From NCBI GenBank assembly GCA_034780895.1, contig JAUZTB010000011.1, forward strand, positions 50,021,798 to 50,085,797: a DNA stretch of 64,000 nt, read 5' to 3'. This DNA comes from Rhynchobatus australiae (lineage: Eukaryota). Of this stretch, positions 1-13,120 are shown piece by piece. The position numbers were made by a program, and so were the translations under genes. The notes under the pieces were generated by a model. That model was not told where the DNA came from. It made no database searches and saw only the letters and a list, made by a program, of their open reading frames with translations. Every line of letters starts with the position of its first letter. Position 1 is the first letter of the stretch.

Positions 1-21
1 AACAGTGCACTCTTAGTAATA

Positions 22-447
22 CAGGCTCTCCCCAGCTTGTGAATGCCCAACTGATGCACAGCCTATACAAATGAGCATTTGGAGACAGATGGGATGGATT
101 TGTTGGCTGGGAATTTTGCCAGATCCAACCTAAGAAGAATACATTCCAGTTAACTCATTGATGTCCACTTTTGAATCCTATTTAGTGGCATACCTTCCAG
201 ACCAGCAGCAGTGTGCTTTTTAAAACCATCAATGACATTTAAAGCCTTGTCTACAGTAAAAGCTTTTGAAAGAATACCATTAGCCCGAGGTAGGATTAGG
301 TTAAATTTGTTAAGATGCTCTTCTTCATTAAGAATAGCAAAATGAGATTTAAAATGCTTCTCCAGACTATCTATTCTTATGGGACACCCCACCTGGGTTA
401 CAAATAGTCTCAGGAACAGAACCCTGCCATAACCTGGGGAGGACCTG
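22..447. mobile_element. Tc1/mariner (Tigger-like) MITE
   Basis: TA then CAGGCTCTCCCCAG (22-35). The right end CTGGGGAGGACCTG (434-447) is its near reverse complement (12/14). No coding capacity. Confidence 0.6.
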
Positions 448-749
448 CGCTGAAAATGGTCAGCAACGAAAAATTCTCTGACAAGATGCTCTTTGATTTG
501 TACAGCAGATTGACCTTAACTGAGAAGCTTTTTTACCAATATGAGTTTCAGTAATGCTACAGAAGCAGTAATATATGGGACCTTTTTGCATAANNNNNNN
601 NNNNNNNNNNNNNNNNNNNNNNNNNNNNNNNNNNNNNNNNNNNNNNNNNNNNNNNNNNNNNNNNNNNNNNNNNNNNNNNNNNNNNNNNNNNNNACAGAAG
701 CAGTAATATATGGGACCTTTTTGCATAATTGTATTACCTCAACAGAAAT

Positions 750-1250
750 GTATCTGTCGAGAAACTGCAGAGAGTTGTGGACACAGCCTAGCAGGTCATT
801 GAAACCAGCCTCCCCACTTTGGACTATGTCTTTACTTCTCACTGCCTTGGCAAAGCAGCCAGCATAATCAAAGACTCACCCACCCGGGACATTCTCTCTT
901 CTCTCCTCTTCCATCAAGTAGAAGATATAGGAGCCTGAGGGCACATACCACCAGGCTTAAGGACAGCTTCTACCCCATTGTGATAAGACAATTGAATGAT
1001 TCCCTTGTATGATGAGATGGACTCTGACCTCACGATCTACCTTGTTGTGACCTTGCACCTTATTACACTTCACTTTCTCTGTAGCTGTGACACTTTACTC
1101 TTACTGTTATTTTTACCTGTACTACCTCAATGCACTCTGTACTAACCCAATGTAACTGCATTGTGTAATAAATTGACCTGTACAATCGGTATGCAAGACA
1201 AGTTTTTCACTGTACCTCAATACAAGTGACAATAATAAGCCAACACCAAT
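750..1250 (+). mobile_element. 3' end of a Rex1/Babar-like LINE
   Basis: gaaactgcagagagttgtggacacagcc...accaccaggcttaaggacagcttctacccc...gtgacaataataagccaacaccaat tail. Related copies lie at about 12835, 35910 and 54140. Confidence 0.65.
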
Positions 1251-3689
1251 AGTCTAGGACTCCAAATCGTGGAAAATCTGCAACCTGGAGTAAGACCTTT
1301 TTAGATCCACTATGTCCATGCCAGTTGGAAAAAAAGTGGTGTCCAAATGCCACCTCAGCACCACAGGCCACTGCTCATCCAGGTTTTTTTAAATCTGAGG
1401 GTTACTGCCCCTATGTCCTTTTTAGGCAGAGTTCCAGACCTCTGCAACCCTCTAGGCAAAATCTTTTCCTCACATCCACTCCAATTGTTTTAGTAATTAG
1501 TTTAAATCTATTCCCCTGGTTTTGACCTTGGACCTGGAGGATATGATATTCCTATGTATTCTGTGAAGGTCCTTCATAATTTTATACATGCATGGAACGC
1601 AATTTTGACCTTCAAGTTGGACATTTTGTTAATGAAAATTGCAATTTTTCTGATTTACTGAGGTTTAATATAGTTTTATTCTGTACCCTCTCAATTGTTT
1701 TGCTATGAGAATACTTCTCATAACTATTCAACCCCATTTGATTATCTGTTCTTGTGATTTGTACTGCATTCCCACAGCTCAAGGTTTAAATAATGAGCTT
1801 TAAAGTAAAATTTTATGGAAGTATTTTGTAAATCTAGATATGTTGTTTTAGGGTTTGGGAATGTCATAACAATGACATATTAATGTCTGAATTTCAGTAT
1901 GGTTTACCAGAACATCACTTTGGCTCCTAGTGATTTATTTTGCACTTAAGCTTTCTAATATTATTCACCGAAACTCTCCTAAGGTAATTTGTGTTCTAAT
2001 ATCTAATTCCTTGGAATAAGTTTCATTATTTGCTTTGCTTTTTGCACTGTTTCTGTCTGCTCCAACCTTTCTTCCCTTCCTTTTGAAACAGTTTTAGATG
2101 GCTGACTTTTTCATCTTTTACAGATGATTCGGGCACACAATTCTAACCATGCATTTTCACTTCAAAAAGGTCGGCTTGCAAGCATGTTGGTGGGGGGAAA
2201 ATATTCATCTAAATTCCCCTTTTATCCACCGGTATTTGAATGAAAATTTGCAAGTGTGGAGGTGGGGTATCCTCCACCTAAAAATAGTTCTCACTGTCCA
2301 GGTGCTCTTACAAATGAAAGGCATTTGGTTAAGGTACCATGGGCTGTTTATATTTATAAAACCTAACTTCCATCTGAAGGAGTCACCTTCAAAAGCAGTA
2401 AAAATTGTTTATCATGTGATTATACTTTGCTTTGCATTCACTGTTGGTTACTCCAGCAGTATTTCCATAATGTGTACACATAATGGAACAAGTAAAGAAA
2501 TAATCTTACTCCACTATGAAAGCCATCGATTAACATTAAACTTGGCCTTGGGGAAAGTCTCCCAAATGATGTTATGGATCTTGTACCAGAAGCAAAATGA
2601 AACAGTTGTTTGTTGCATACTTTCATTAATTACATGTTATGTTTTCTATGCTGAGTTCACTAATTTATGGGAATTACTAATTTTTCTCTTAGATCCTTGT
2701 GGTTTAAGGGGGAAACGATCCTGTTAACACCTTGCAATTACACATGTTTGAATCGTTGTTCAAAGTTGGTTTACTGTTTTTAACAGAGCATTTGTTTGGG
2801 CAGGAAAAGTCATTGCAATGAATCTTTCTGAACGTTTTCCTAACTCATCTGCCCAGAAACTCGTACAATTAGTTCTATAAATCCACTTGTGTTAGCTGTG
2901 TCAGTTGCTTTTACTGCACAATTAAGATGCACTTTTATTGAAAATTTGATAAACTTCTTGTGCCTGATGTCCCTTTTCACTCTTGATACAGTTACCTTTA
3001 ATAATATATCAGCGGCCTATAAATTCTTTGCACAGTGCTTCCTAAAAATAGTATTAAGTATTTGAAAATAGCATAACATAGAGTGACTCTGCTTTTGCTG
3101 GGTATCTTGGCTTCCATCAGGAAATCAAAGACTCCTGATTTCTTTTTTGGCAAGATATTTGTTTGCTCTGGCACCTTTTTTCCCTTTGTACTCCAGCCTC
3201 TCCTTCCATCCCTCCCCAACAAACAAAATGTATCTGCAGCATGATTTTAAGCCTCACTGGTCTGAAAGATAATTTTCTCTCAGAACAATCCATGTTAAAG
3301 TAATATCTTCAAAAGTAACTGCAGCAGATTTGTTAAACAATTACTCTCGAATGCATCAATGAAAAATGAACTGTTCTTTTCCAAGTTTATAATTTANNNN
3401 NNNNNNNNNNNNNNNNNNNNNNNNNACTGCTTATTCTGTAAAATAATGAGATTATAATTAACTTTGAAGGTATCTAGTATCTAACCTATCAATTGGGCTA
3501 TGCCTGCAATGTAAAATGTGATTTTTTTTTTCTCTCTTTTGCATTGCCATATTTGATTTCCAGGGTTCCTTTTTCTAAAATCCTAATGCTCGCTTTCTAA
3601 GCTGTCACATGAAAAGTAGCCAGTTCAGGGAAGTGCTGGTAACCTCCAGCCTATGTAGTTATTAGGAGCTGTTCTTTTCTAATCCGCTC

Positions 3690-4140
3690 TCCAACATTTT
3701 ATGTTTTAATAAAGTGGATAATTCGGAGGATCCATGCATATTTCCAGTCTCTCCTAATTGAAATGCTCCATTCCAGACCAAATTCTGGTGAATTGCATTC
3801 CTTCCATACTGAAATGACCAAAACTGCAGAGTATTCCAGATGTACCCTCACCAGTGTTTTAGAATGCTGTACCTTAACTTCCCTGCTATTATAGTCCTTG
3901 CCCAGATTAATGAAGGCTAACATCCTGTATGCCACCTTTTACCCCCCCCCCCCCAATCTGTGATGCTTCCTTCTGGAATCTTTGGACGTACACCAAGCTC
4001 CCTCTGACCCTCAATACTCCCTAGGGCCCCACCATTCCTGGTTGACCTCCCAAAATGCATCACTTTGCACATACCAGAATTAAATCCTATCTGCCACTTC
4101 TCTACCTGACTTACCAGCTGATCATTATCCTTGTGAGACT
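3690..4140 (-). mobile_element. CR1-type LINE 3' fragment
   Basis: ORF 3699..3935 (AYRMLAFINLGKDYNSREVKVQHSKTLVRVHLEYSA) is a decayed version of the CR1 ORF2 C-terminal motif YKTLVRPHLEYCV. Confidence 0.8.
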
Positions 4141-4149
4141 ACCCTCTCC

Positions 4150-4720
4150 ACCATTTCAAAATCCCACCATTTTTTATTTCAAGTGAAGAGATTCCCAGAG
4201 TGCTGTTAAGGTAGGGATTTCCAAAGGAAGGGTGATAAGTTTCCAAGCAAGGATGATGTAAAACTTGAAAGGAAATTTGCAAGCAATGGTGTTCTCCTGT
4301 GGCTGCTGCCCTTGCCCTTTAGGTAATGAGGGTTCAGATTCGGAATTCCTATTATGGATTTTGGATCCTGAAGTCATTGTACCTGAGGTGAAGGAACTTG
4401 AATGTTCATGAGTCCCAATTGGATCACTTTGTCCTGGATGATGTCAAGTATCCTATTCCATCATGTTCTTGAACTGGGCCTCAAAAGGTGCAAAAGCTTT
4501 GGAGAGTCAGGATTTAGCTTGCTTCCCATGTTATCCAGTCTATGGGCTGCTCTTGTGGCCACATTATTTGTCGTTGGTCCAGCCAAGTTTCTGGCCAGTT
4601 CGACAGCCCAAACACTCACCTTGCAAGTATCTTGATAACAGGGAATTTGTGTTGGTAGTACCTTAGGAAATAGAGGGAGAATGGTATAGTCTCGTTCCTT
4701 GTGTTCTCTGTGCAATGCAG
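4150..4720 (-). mobile_element. Decayed CR1/L2-group LINE, ORF2 C-terminal fragment
   Basis: ORF 4461..4715 contains NNVATRAAHRLDNM, resembling HINTVATRAGQRLGIL of chondrichthyan LINEs. Confidence 0.55.
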
Positions 4721-4739
4721 ATATTACTTGAAAATAAAA

Positions 4740-4860
4740 AAAAATGTAGATGCTGGAAATCTGAAATAAAACCAGGAAATGCTGGAAAGGCTCAGCAGGT
4801 CATGCAGCTTTTATGGAAAGAGAAACAATTAATGATTTGCATTGAAGACCTTTTACTCAG
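4740..4860 (-). repeat. Penelope-type terminal-repeat fragment
   Basis: agatgctggaaatctgaaataaaa...atgctggaaaggctcagcaggtc. Reverse-complement similarity to 8280-8400. Confidence 0.6.
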
Positions 4861-5649
4861 CACTTTTCAGCCCAAGACCTAAGTGCCATCTGGGATGTAC
4901 TGCATATTTTATTATCTGAAGATCTGCAAGTGGAATTTGCCATCAAAATCTTTCTTTCCAACCTTTTGAGGGATAAGTCTTCAATGAAGCATTTGAAGAT
5001 GAGAATGGATCCATTTTGCTCCTTTTAGCATACCTATAAATTTCCCATATTATTGAACAAAATATTGTTATGGCTACATGGTACCAGTCAGGCTTGAGGC
5101 ATGGTTAGTACTGGAACACCTTTTTATCACGGTGTCTGGGTATTGTTGGGACATGTAGCTCGTAATGAATCCATTTCACCTGACTGTGATCTCCCATAAG
5201 CAAATTGAATTAATTTAAGACTGACTTCTGTNNNNNNNNNNNNNNNNNNNNNNNNNNNNNNNNNNNNNNCTGAAGATTGCAAACTATCTTTTGCACTTGT
5301 GCACTCCTCGACAGCAAAATCTCATGGGAGTCATTTGTGATTGGACATGGTGGAACTGAAGACATTGGGCTAATTAAATGTTGGATATATGCCCTTGTGG
5401 AATGAAAGTATTTTACTCATCATGCTGCCAACTTTCCGAGAGTGTTACAGTTGGGAGCTGGCATGTCTTTGTATGAGTTGCCAAACTGAATTTTAGAAGG
5501 AATCTGAAGGCAGCAAGATGGTGGGTCATGTTTATCTGGTATTTTGTAATAAAATATTGCAAAATCTCCTGCTTCATAAATTTAATTGGACAAAAAATGG
5601 ACCTCAGTCAGTGAGATTTAGAAGGTTATCTAAAGGTTTAATCAAAAAG

Positions 5650-6450
5650 ATATTTTAAGGAAGATCTAGCAGGGAGAGGGATGGCAGGGAAGAGACATTT
5701 AGGAAGGGAATCCTATAGTGCATAGGATTGATGGTTACAGGTACTCTCTGTAGAACTTGTGGGTACACAAACCAAGTGTCAAAGGTGAGTGGGGAGGGGT
5801 TGTATGGGTGCAGGTGGTTACAACTAGCTCCAGTATGGCTAGGCAAGGGAGGATACTGCAGTTGGTGGCAAGCAAATGGGATTTGTGGAGGCCCTCAGAG
5901 ATACAACTTCAATTTTCTCAGTCTTAAAAAAAATGGAAAAATCAAAGTTTGGGTATTGGTTGTCAGATTAGCAGACTGAACACAGTGAAGGAATCGAGGG
6001 AATTGATAAGGGATTAAGCTGACTGCGTTAACATGTAAGTAAAATCTGATTGCCTTTAGCGACATCACACAAAAGATGAATGTGTAGAAGGTGGGGATGT
6101 AGGGCAAGGCTGATTAAGGATGAATCCAGAAGAACCAAGAAGAGGTGAAGTGCTGGCTGTGATCGATAGGTACGAATGAAACCAACTGAGGAAATAAATA
6201 CGAGCTAGATGTGGGAGAGAAATGTTGATTTGGTTAATGGTTTTGAAGGTTGCAGAGAAATTGAGAAAAGAAAATGGACCAGTGTTGTTTGCAGGATGCA
6301 TATTATAAATGTCATTACAGCAGCTACAGTGGGGGTGATTAGAAAAATTCCTGCCAAGTTGAAAGGCACAGATGTTGATTTCACGTGAGTTGACAAATGC
6401 CAATTAAGGAGGTTGGAGCGGTGAAGGAGAGAGGGAGGACGGGTCTGTCA
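5650..6450 (-). mobile_element. Ancient L2-type LINE reverse transcriptase fragment
   Basis: ORF 6065..6403 contains FLNFSATFKTINQ...LSWFHSYLS, a decayed LLDLSAAFDTVDH...LSWFxSYLS. The + strand is purine-rich. Confidence 0.7.
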
Positions 6451-8039
6451 TTTGCAAGGCATGAGTTGAGGTCTCTATTTTTGAGCCAAGCATGCAATGC
6501 CTGAACGCGCGCGCACACACTACTGATTTTGGATATCTATTCTAAATTGGAAAATTTTCTCCGCTTGAGCTATTCTTAAGAAAGCTGTTTTAATTCTGTC
6601 CTGTTCCACATCAGTCATCATTCCACAGACTGCCACTCCGAGTTGTTTGCCTCATTTCTGGATACATTAAGCAATGAAAAATTGTGGTTATTGCAAGGTA
6701 CAAAGGAATTTTGGCACTCTCATCAATTATTCTTCAAAATGAAGTGATGGAACTTCAAATATCAGAATGGAAAAACTCTTCTTGATGTGATGTGTTAGTT
6801 CATTGTACAGTAATTCTAATAGCAGTCCTTAATTGTCTATAAGTCTTGTAATACTTAAATTTTATTAATAGTAGAGCCTTATGGAAAATATGATGGGTCA
6901 CAAGCTGCAGAGGAAACATGGTCTCAGAGGACTGACGTTAGCCCTCCTAGTGCCTCAGAATTTCAATCACTTCCATTGTTGATGGGATTGTCCAGCCTTT
7001 TTTCATTTCCTGACTTTGTGTAGCAAAGGTCACGATAACAATAATTAAAACCATGAACCTAAAATCCACTTGTAATTATGTTGGGGATGGATTTTTCTTC
7101 ATCTTGATAGTTTCCTTTTAAACTAGCCATTTCAAAAAAAAAGTGCTGTGGTACAATAAAAAATGTAATTTGTATTCATTTTACATTTATTGATGTTCTG
7201 TTTCTGAAGTGCAGAAAGTGCCTTCCATTGTAGAGTTGGTACTGATTTAACTAAATTTCACAGGGTTTGCCAGAGTTTGACATCAGTAGTGCTCTGTGTG
7301 TGGTGTGTTTTGTGAGTGTTTTGCTAGGATTTGATCTAGTGCTGTGCCTTGTGCATCTGTATTTTCTTTGGGAGTACCCCAGGATACATTGTTCGAACAA
7401 CAATCACCAAGGAAATTGCTTTGTACAAATACATTTTTAAAAAAACAAAATAAATAGCACTTAATCAGTTTACTTGAAATACTGGCCAAAACCAAAGATT
7501 CGTGTTTGTGAATTTGAATGATGATGACTTGATGGTTGAGTGAGTGACTGATATCCTTGAAAATGTTAGCACAGCTTCCTAATCCAAAACTGACAGCTTA
7601 ATTAATAACTGAGTACAAAGAAATATTTAACTATAACAGCCAGGAATGAAGCTGATTGGATTCACATTAATCTTAATTCTGCAAACTAAGTTAGGTAATG
7701 CTATAAATTATTCACTGACTTCTGTGTGTGGTTGCTCCTTGTAGAAGAAAAAAAGTGCAGGGGAGAGGGCTGGAATGTGAAACTGTGACAATGGATATTT
7801 CATAGTGCTAGTACAGGCATGATTACTGTTTGATTTTTATCCATTTGACATCAAGGCATAACTTGGGGATATAAGAATTTCAGTTCATGTGTTTCTAATG
7901 TTTGAGATGTTCTACAAATAGTCAAAATCCCCCCCCCCCCCCCCATTTCAATCAAATGATATTAATTGCACTCTTCTGCTGCCATTATCTCCAGATTAGA
8001 ACAATATCCTTTATGGCAAGCTTCTTCTAATGTTGGAAA

Positions 8040-8400
8040 ATCTCTGGCCTGGTAGCATCTGGGGAAAGAAAAAATGTTTCAGGCCTGTGACCCTTAACCA
8101 CATCTGAGAAAAAGAAATATTAGTCTAGGTAGTAGAGAAGGTATCGGAGGGAATTATCAACATTAGCAACACACTACATAGAGCTTAATTGCCCCACAAC
8201 TGCCATATTATTTCACCCCTTTAGAGATGTTACCTTTATTCCACCCACTACTCACCCTTTCTCTTCCTCCTAAGCCAACCTTTTTTCAGTTCTGATGAAA
8301 GGTCACATACCCTGAAATATTACTGTTTCTCTTTCCACAGATGCTGCCTGACCTTTTCCAGCATTTTTCATCTTTATTTTGAATTTCCAGCATCTCCTGG
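8040..8400. repeat. Inverted pair of Penelope-type terminal repeats
   Basis: Minus copy at about 8045-8105 (agcatctggggaaagaaa...tttcaggcctgtgaccctt). Plus copy at about 8285-8395 (cagttctgatgaaaggtcacataccctgaaa...tttccacagatgctgcctgacc). Confidence 0.6.
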
Positions 8401-9190
8401 TTATATTTCAAGCTTTTCACATTGCTCAGTTTCAAAATCGGAATGTGATGCGTTTGTTGTTGATTTTGATAGTCTGACCTTTTTCTGCTCAAGGTTTGTT
8501 CTTGTAGGTCCTCAGCAGATTGTAGTACTCCAGATTTTAAGGTGGCTGTAATTGTTGAGTGAACGCTATCCAACTGAAGAATCATAGGATATCGTGTGGA
8601 TGCAGACATGGCCAGGTTTTTAGAGTTGTGATAATTTTTTGGCAGGTTGTTAGAAATTCTGGCCATTAAAAGTTATTCTTGTCAAGTAAGATGACCCTTT
8701 TGTTGTGGAGGAGGATGGTGTGAGTTTTTTTTTAATTTTGCACATTGCATTGAAATCACCACTCATACTGCTGACAGCAGAGTGCTTTGGCCTAGTCTGC
8801 TTCTCATTAGACAAAACTGCCATCCCAGAAATCAATCTGGTTCTGAATCAAGCACCGAATATTGTGGTACCGAAACATGCAGAAATTAATCAGTCCTTAA
8901 CTGCTTTGAAAAAGTGCAAGGGTCATTGAACAGCCCCCCCAGTTATTTCACTTCTTTCTGTCAGGGGTCAGGGATCTCTTTTCTCATGCACTTCTCTTTG
9001 AATTGATAGAATAAATAGTGAAAATAAAGATCCACGCAGATGGTAGGAAAACCACAATCTGAAGGAGCTGATTTGAACTTTGGTTTGTACAGGAATCATG
9101 CTGCGCATTCCCTGTTAATTTGGCATGCAAAGTTTACACACAGGTACAGAACAATAAGAGTTTATGCATAAAACAATAGGCTACTTGAAA

Positions 9191-9299
9191 CACCACACAC
9201 ACACAAAATGCTGGAGGAACTCAGCAGGGCAGGCAGCACCTATCGAGGGAAATAAACAGTTGATGTTTCAGGTCGAGACCCTTCATCAGGGCACACAGA
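9191..9299 (-). repeat. Short Penelope-type repeat with a hammerhead-like core and direct-repeat flanks
   Basis: Minus strand reads CTGATGA-AGGGTCTCGACCT-GAAAC. Flanks are gctacttgaaa (9180-9190) and gctactcgaaa (9300-9310). Confidence 0.65.
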
Positions 9300-9941
9300 G
9301 CTACTCGAAAGGTCAATTCATCTCAGCGTAGTTTTATTCTTCTGTGTTAAACAGTAACAAAAGCACAGATATCTTAATGTACCCCAGCAAAAGCAAAATA
9401 ATATTCAAGTGTATTGGTATTTTTTCATTACAGAATCCCAAATGGATTGTGAAGGCAGGTCAACCTGGTCAGATGTTGATCATGTTGTGATAAACTCTTA
9501 TTTTTGTGTCAACTTTTTCTTAATAAAAGTAAAAGACAAAAAAAACTAAAGCCGTGGGCTGTAGACATGAGCTATACCTATACACTACATGACTAAACAC
9601 TATTGCTTGTAGTAAATGCTGCCCTCTCCCTAAGCCTTTATCTTCTGGGTGAAAACTCAACTTACCAACCCCAAGCCTCAAACACTTGTTACAAGGTCAC
9701 AAAACACAACTTAACTGGGAGTTCCATCAGTTGCTTCACCTCTGAAATATCATGCATTGCCTTAACATTTGCCTGGACTTTGATTTCCCCAAACTACAGT
9801 TGGCAACACCAACACAGCTGCAGGTAACCATTCCACTAACCTGGTCACTGGCAACCTTCCCAAGTTGTGAAAGCAGTCAGACAAAAAGAAATCTCAGTAA
9901 ATAGAAAATTCTTTCAGTCAGTGCTTTCAATAAAAATTCTA

Positions 9942-10154
<213 letters not shown>

Positions 10155-10825
10155 TTAATTTTAGATTGAGCATTAGTTTGCAGCTTATTACTTAACATAA
10201 TATTCTGTATAATAAAATTGGCACAATGCCAATACATCATTGCACTGCTCACGTGAATCAGAATCAGACAGCATTTCTACAGTCAGGGAACTGTACACCA
10301 GAATAGAGTAGCTCTGAAGGTACTAAATCCATAATGCCAGCTCATTGTTCTCAGGAGTTGAATCAATAGACTTCTCCAGCACAAGTTCAATATTTTAGTT
10401 GACTTATATTTCAGTTTACAAGTGACAGTAGACAACAGACCCTGTTAGGCCTTGAATGGTTAAATAAAAATTTGCTGTTTAAAAGGAGGATATAATATTC
10501 AAGTTGTATTGTAAAATTGAATGTATTTTACATTAATAGAAATAAAACATTTTACTAAAATGATACTAAAAATCAATACTAACTTTGTACACAGATTACA
10601 TCCATGCAGATATCCAGTTTGAAGTTTCCACTCTGGAACACATTGTCAAATTAATTTGGTTCACAATATCCAGATTTGTTACTTGGATCAGCTTTCAGAG
10701 AAAAAAAATTTTCTGGAAGTCTATTCAAAATGGCGAAGAAATTTGCCAGCTTGACCTCCCTGTCTCTCATAATTGGAGTAAGAGCTCGATCACTAGCACT
10801 TCACTAGCCAGCATTCTTGAGCAAT

Positions 10826-10925
10826 NNNNNNNNNNNNNNNNNNNNNNNNNNNNNNNNNNNNNNNNNNNNNNNNNNNNNNNNNNNNNNNNNNNNNNNNNNN
10901 NNNNNNNNNNNNNNNNNNNNNNNNN
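10826..10925. other. Assembly gap (100 N, probably of unknown size)
   Basis: One of six exactly 100-N runs (594, 10826, 14207, 27899, 50532, 57173). This one bounds the FRMD6-containing block. Confidence 0.95.
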
Positions 10926-12834
10926 TCTTAGTCTGCATTTAGAAAGTTGAGTGTGCATCCAAGAACAAGAATGGCTGATTCAACTTTGATTTGTAGGATC
11001 AAAATGGGATGGAAATACCAAATGAGGAACTGTAAATAGTTTTTAACGGGTTCTTTTTGAACCTTTTAATTTGAACTTTAGTTGCTCTTTTGGGTAGCTA
11101 GTGATTTTTTTTGCACACCTTGTGCACTGTTGAACTCAGATTATCATTGCAACTCAAGATGGTTTTTGTACAATTAAATTTTAAATCTGTCTGCATGAAA
11201 GTAAATTGGAAATCACTAATAGCGAAGCGCAAAGTTTTGAAAACCTAAATTAGCAATGATCCATTTCCTATATTTCTGGCAAAAAAAGTAATAATGGCCC
11301 TATACACCCAACTGGATATTTCATGGCGCATTAGTGGTAAAGACTATAAGAAATTGAATGTTCAGGGAATTTGCCGTAGTGAAACTCACTCATTAAGTGA
11401 TAAAACTATAGTCAACTGATCTCTTCCTATTTAACTCCTGAGAACATGTGAAAAAGAGGCAGGAGTAGGCCTTTGGTCCCTTCATGTGTACTCTGCATGC
11501 ATAAGATCATGGCTGGATTTTTACCTCTTCCACATTCCTGCACTAACCCCATATCCTTTAATTCTAGTTTGAAATATTCCTTAAACTTTGCAAACCTATC
11601 AGAACTTGTGGCCTAGATGTGCAGGGCAGTCAAGCTGAGTCTCTGCAGCTAGGAGAGATCAGATGAAGTGTTGGTAGACCTTGTGATATTAGTTTGAAGC
11701 TTTCCTCGGAACACTTGGAGAGCTTTAGACAGGAGGCAAAGCTGGGACTGGAGACTTGTCTCTACTAAGGTCGTTCAAATTTTGTAGCAGGTTCTTTTGA
11801 GTTTCTGATATTCAGAGATTAACATTGTCTCTGAACATTAACATCACTGTATAATTAATAGGCATTTTAAAATCTTTTGAGCTAAAACATTTAAAATAGT
11901 AGTAAGAAATAATAGAAAGCATCAAAATAAAAAAAGTTAACTTTTCTCCTCCTAATCTACAAACTGCCAATGCACATTTAAGTGACTGGGATTCAAATCC
12001 TGCACCAGGTCTTATGTCAGATCCTACAGCGAAAGATAAGCCTGTCATTCAGCATGCTGCNNNNNNNNNNNNNNNNNNNNNNNNNNNNNNNNNNNNNNNN
12101 NNNNNNNNNNNNNNNNNNNNNNNNNNNNNNNNNNNNNNNNNNNNNNNNNNNNNNNNNNNNNNNNNNNNNNNNNNNNNNNNNNNNNNNNNCACCTGGGGCA
12201 GCTGAATGCCAAAGGTTTCATTAGGAACCACCAGCCCCAGCCAGCATACTTTGGTCTAGTATTTTTTTTAAATTGGTGTAGATTTATTGGGGGTTACAGG
12301 CTTTGCTCATGTAATCAGGGACCAGGGAAACAGACCATATAGACACATGAAGCTGTTGACTGAAAGGTGCAACTTTCTGGTGTTTTTTTTAAATTGGGTC
12401 ACTGCAGGAATGTTTGTTGTGCTGACGGGCAAATAAAAGAATTCAAGTGGGAGCGGGGAGATGGACAGTAAAATTGTAAAGCAGTCCCACTGAGATATTG
12501 TGCATGCACAGGTATTGGATGATGGAGGTGGAAGTAGTATATTGAATAGTTTATTGCACACCTGAGAAAGGAAGTTCCTTGAAGGGCATCTTATTGTGAG
12601 AATTTCAGGAATAGTGTCCATGTTAGTATTGCTGCTGCCTGTATTTCATTTGACACCAAGCAAAAAGATGATTAGATACCTATGGGGGGAATTAAACTGA
12701 GTTGCTAATAGAAATTAATTGGTCCAGTTAATTATCAGTTATGGGCCAGAGGTGTACACCTACAGTGGGCATTGATTGGACTGAGACACCTGGGTTGAAA
12801 GACTGTGTGTCTGAGGGAATCACAGCTGGGCATG

Positions 12835-13120
12835 CCCTGGGTGGTGAGGGTTCTTGATGATGGATACTGCCTCGTTGAGGTACTGTCTCCTGAAGATGTT
12901 CTTGGCAAGGAGAGTTATACTCATGATGGAGCTGGCTGAGTTTACAACCCTCTGCAGCCTCTTTCAATCCTGCACATTGGAGCCACCTTACCAAGTGGTG
13001 ATGCAAGCAGTCAGATTGTTCTCCACTGTTCATCTGTAGAAATTATTTTGGGCTTTATGTCTTGTGCTATACTGCTGCAATTTTGTGGCACATGTCAGTG
13101 ACGATAAACCTGATTCTAGT
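12835..13120 (-). mobile_element. Rex1-like LINE 3' fragment
   Basis: gatggagctggctgagtttacaaccctctgcagcctc...gcagtcagattgttctccactgttcatctgtagaa. Similar to 54500-54620. Confidence 0.6.

Noticed and set aside
559-728. 35-bp direct repeat (acagaagcagtaatatatgggacctttttgcataa) on both sides of a gap
   Set aside because: Unmerged contig overlap across a 100-N gap, which is an assembly artefact.
2149-2727. 192-aa ORF, the longest gap-free ORF
   Set aside because: No recognisable domain or splice context, and the composition is typical of random AT-rich intron.
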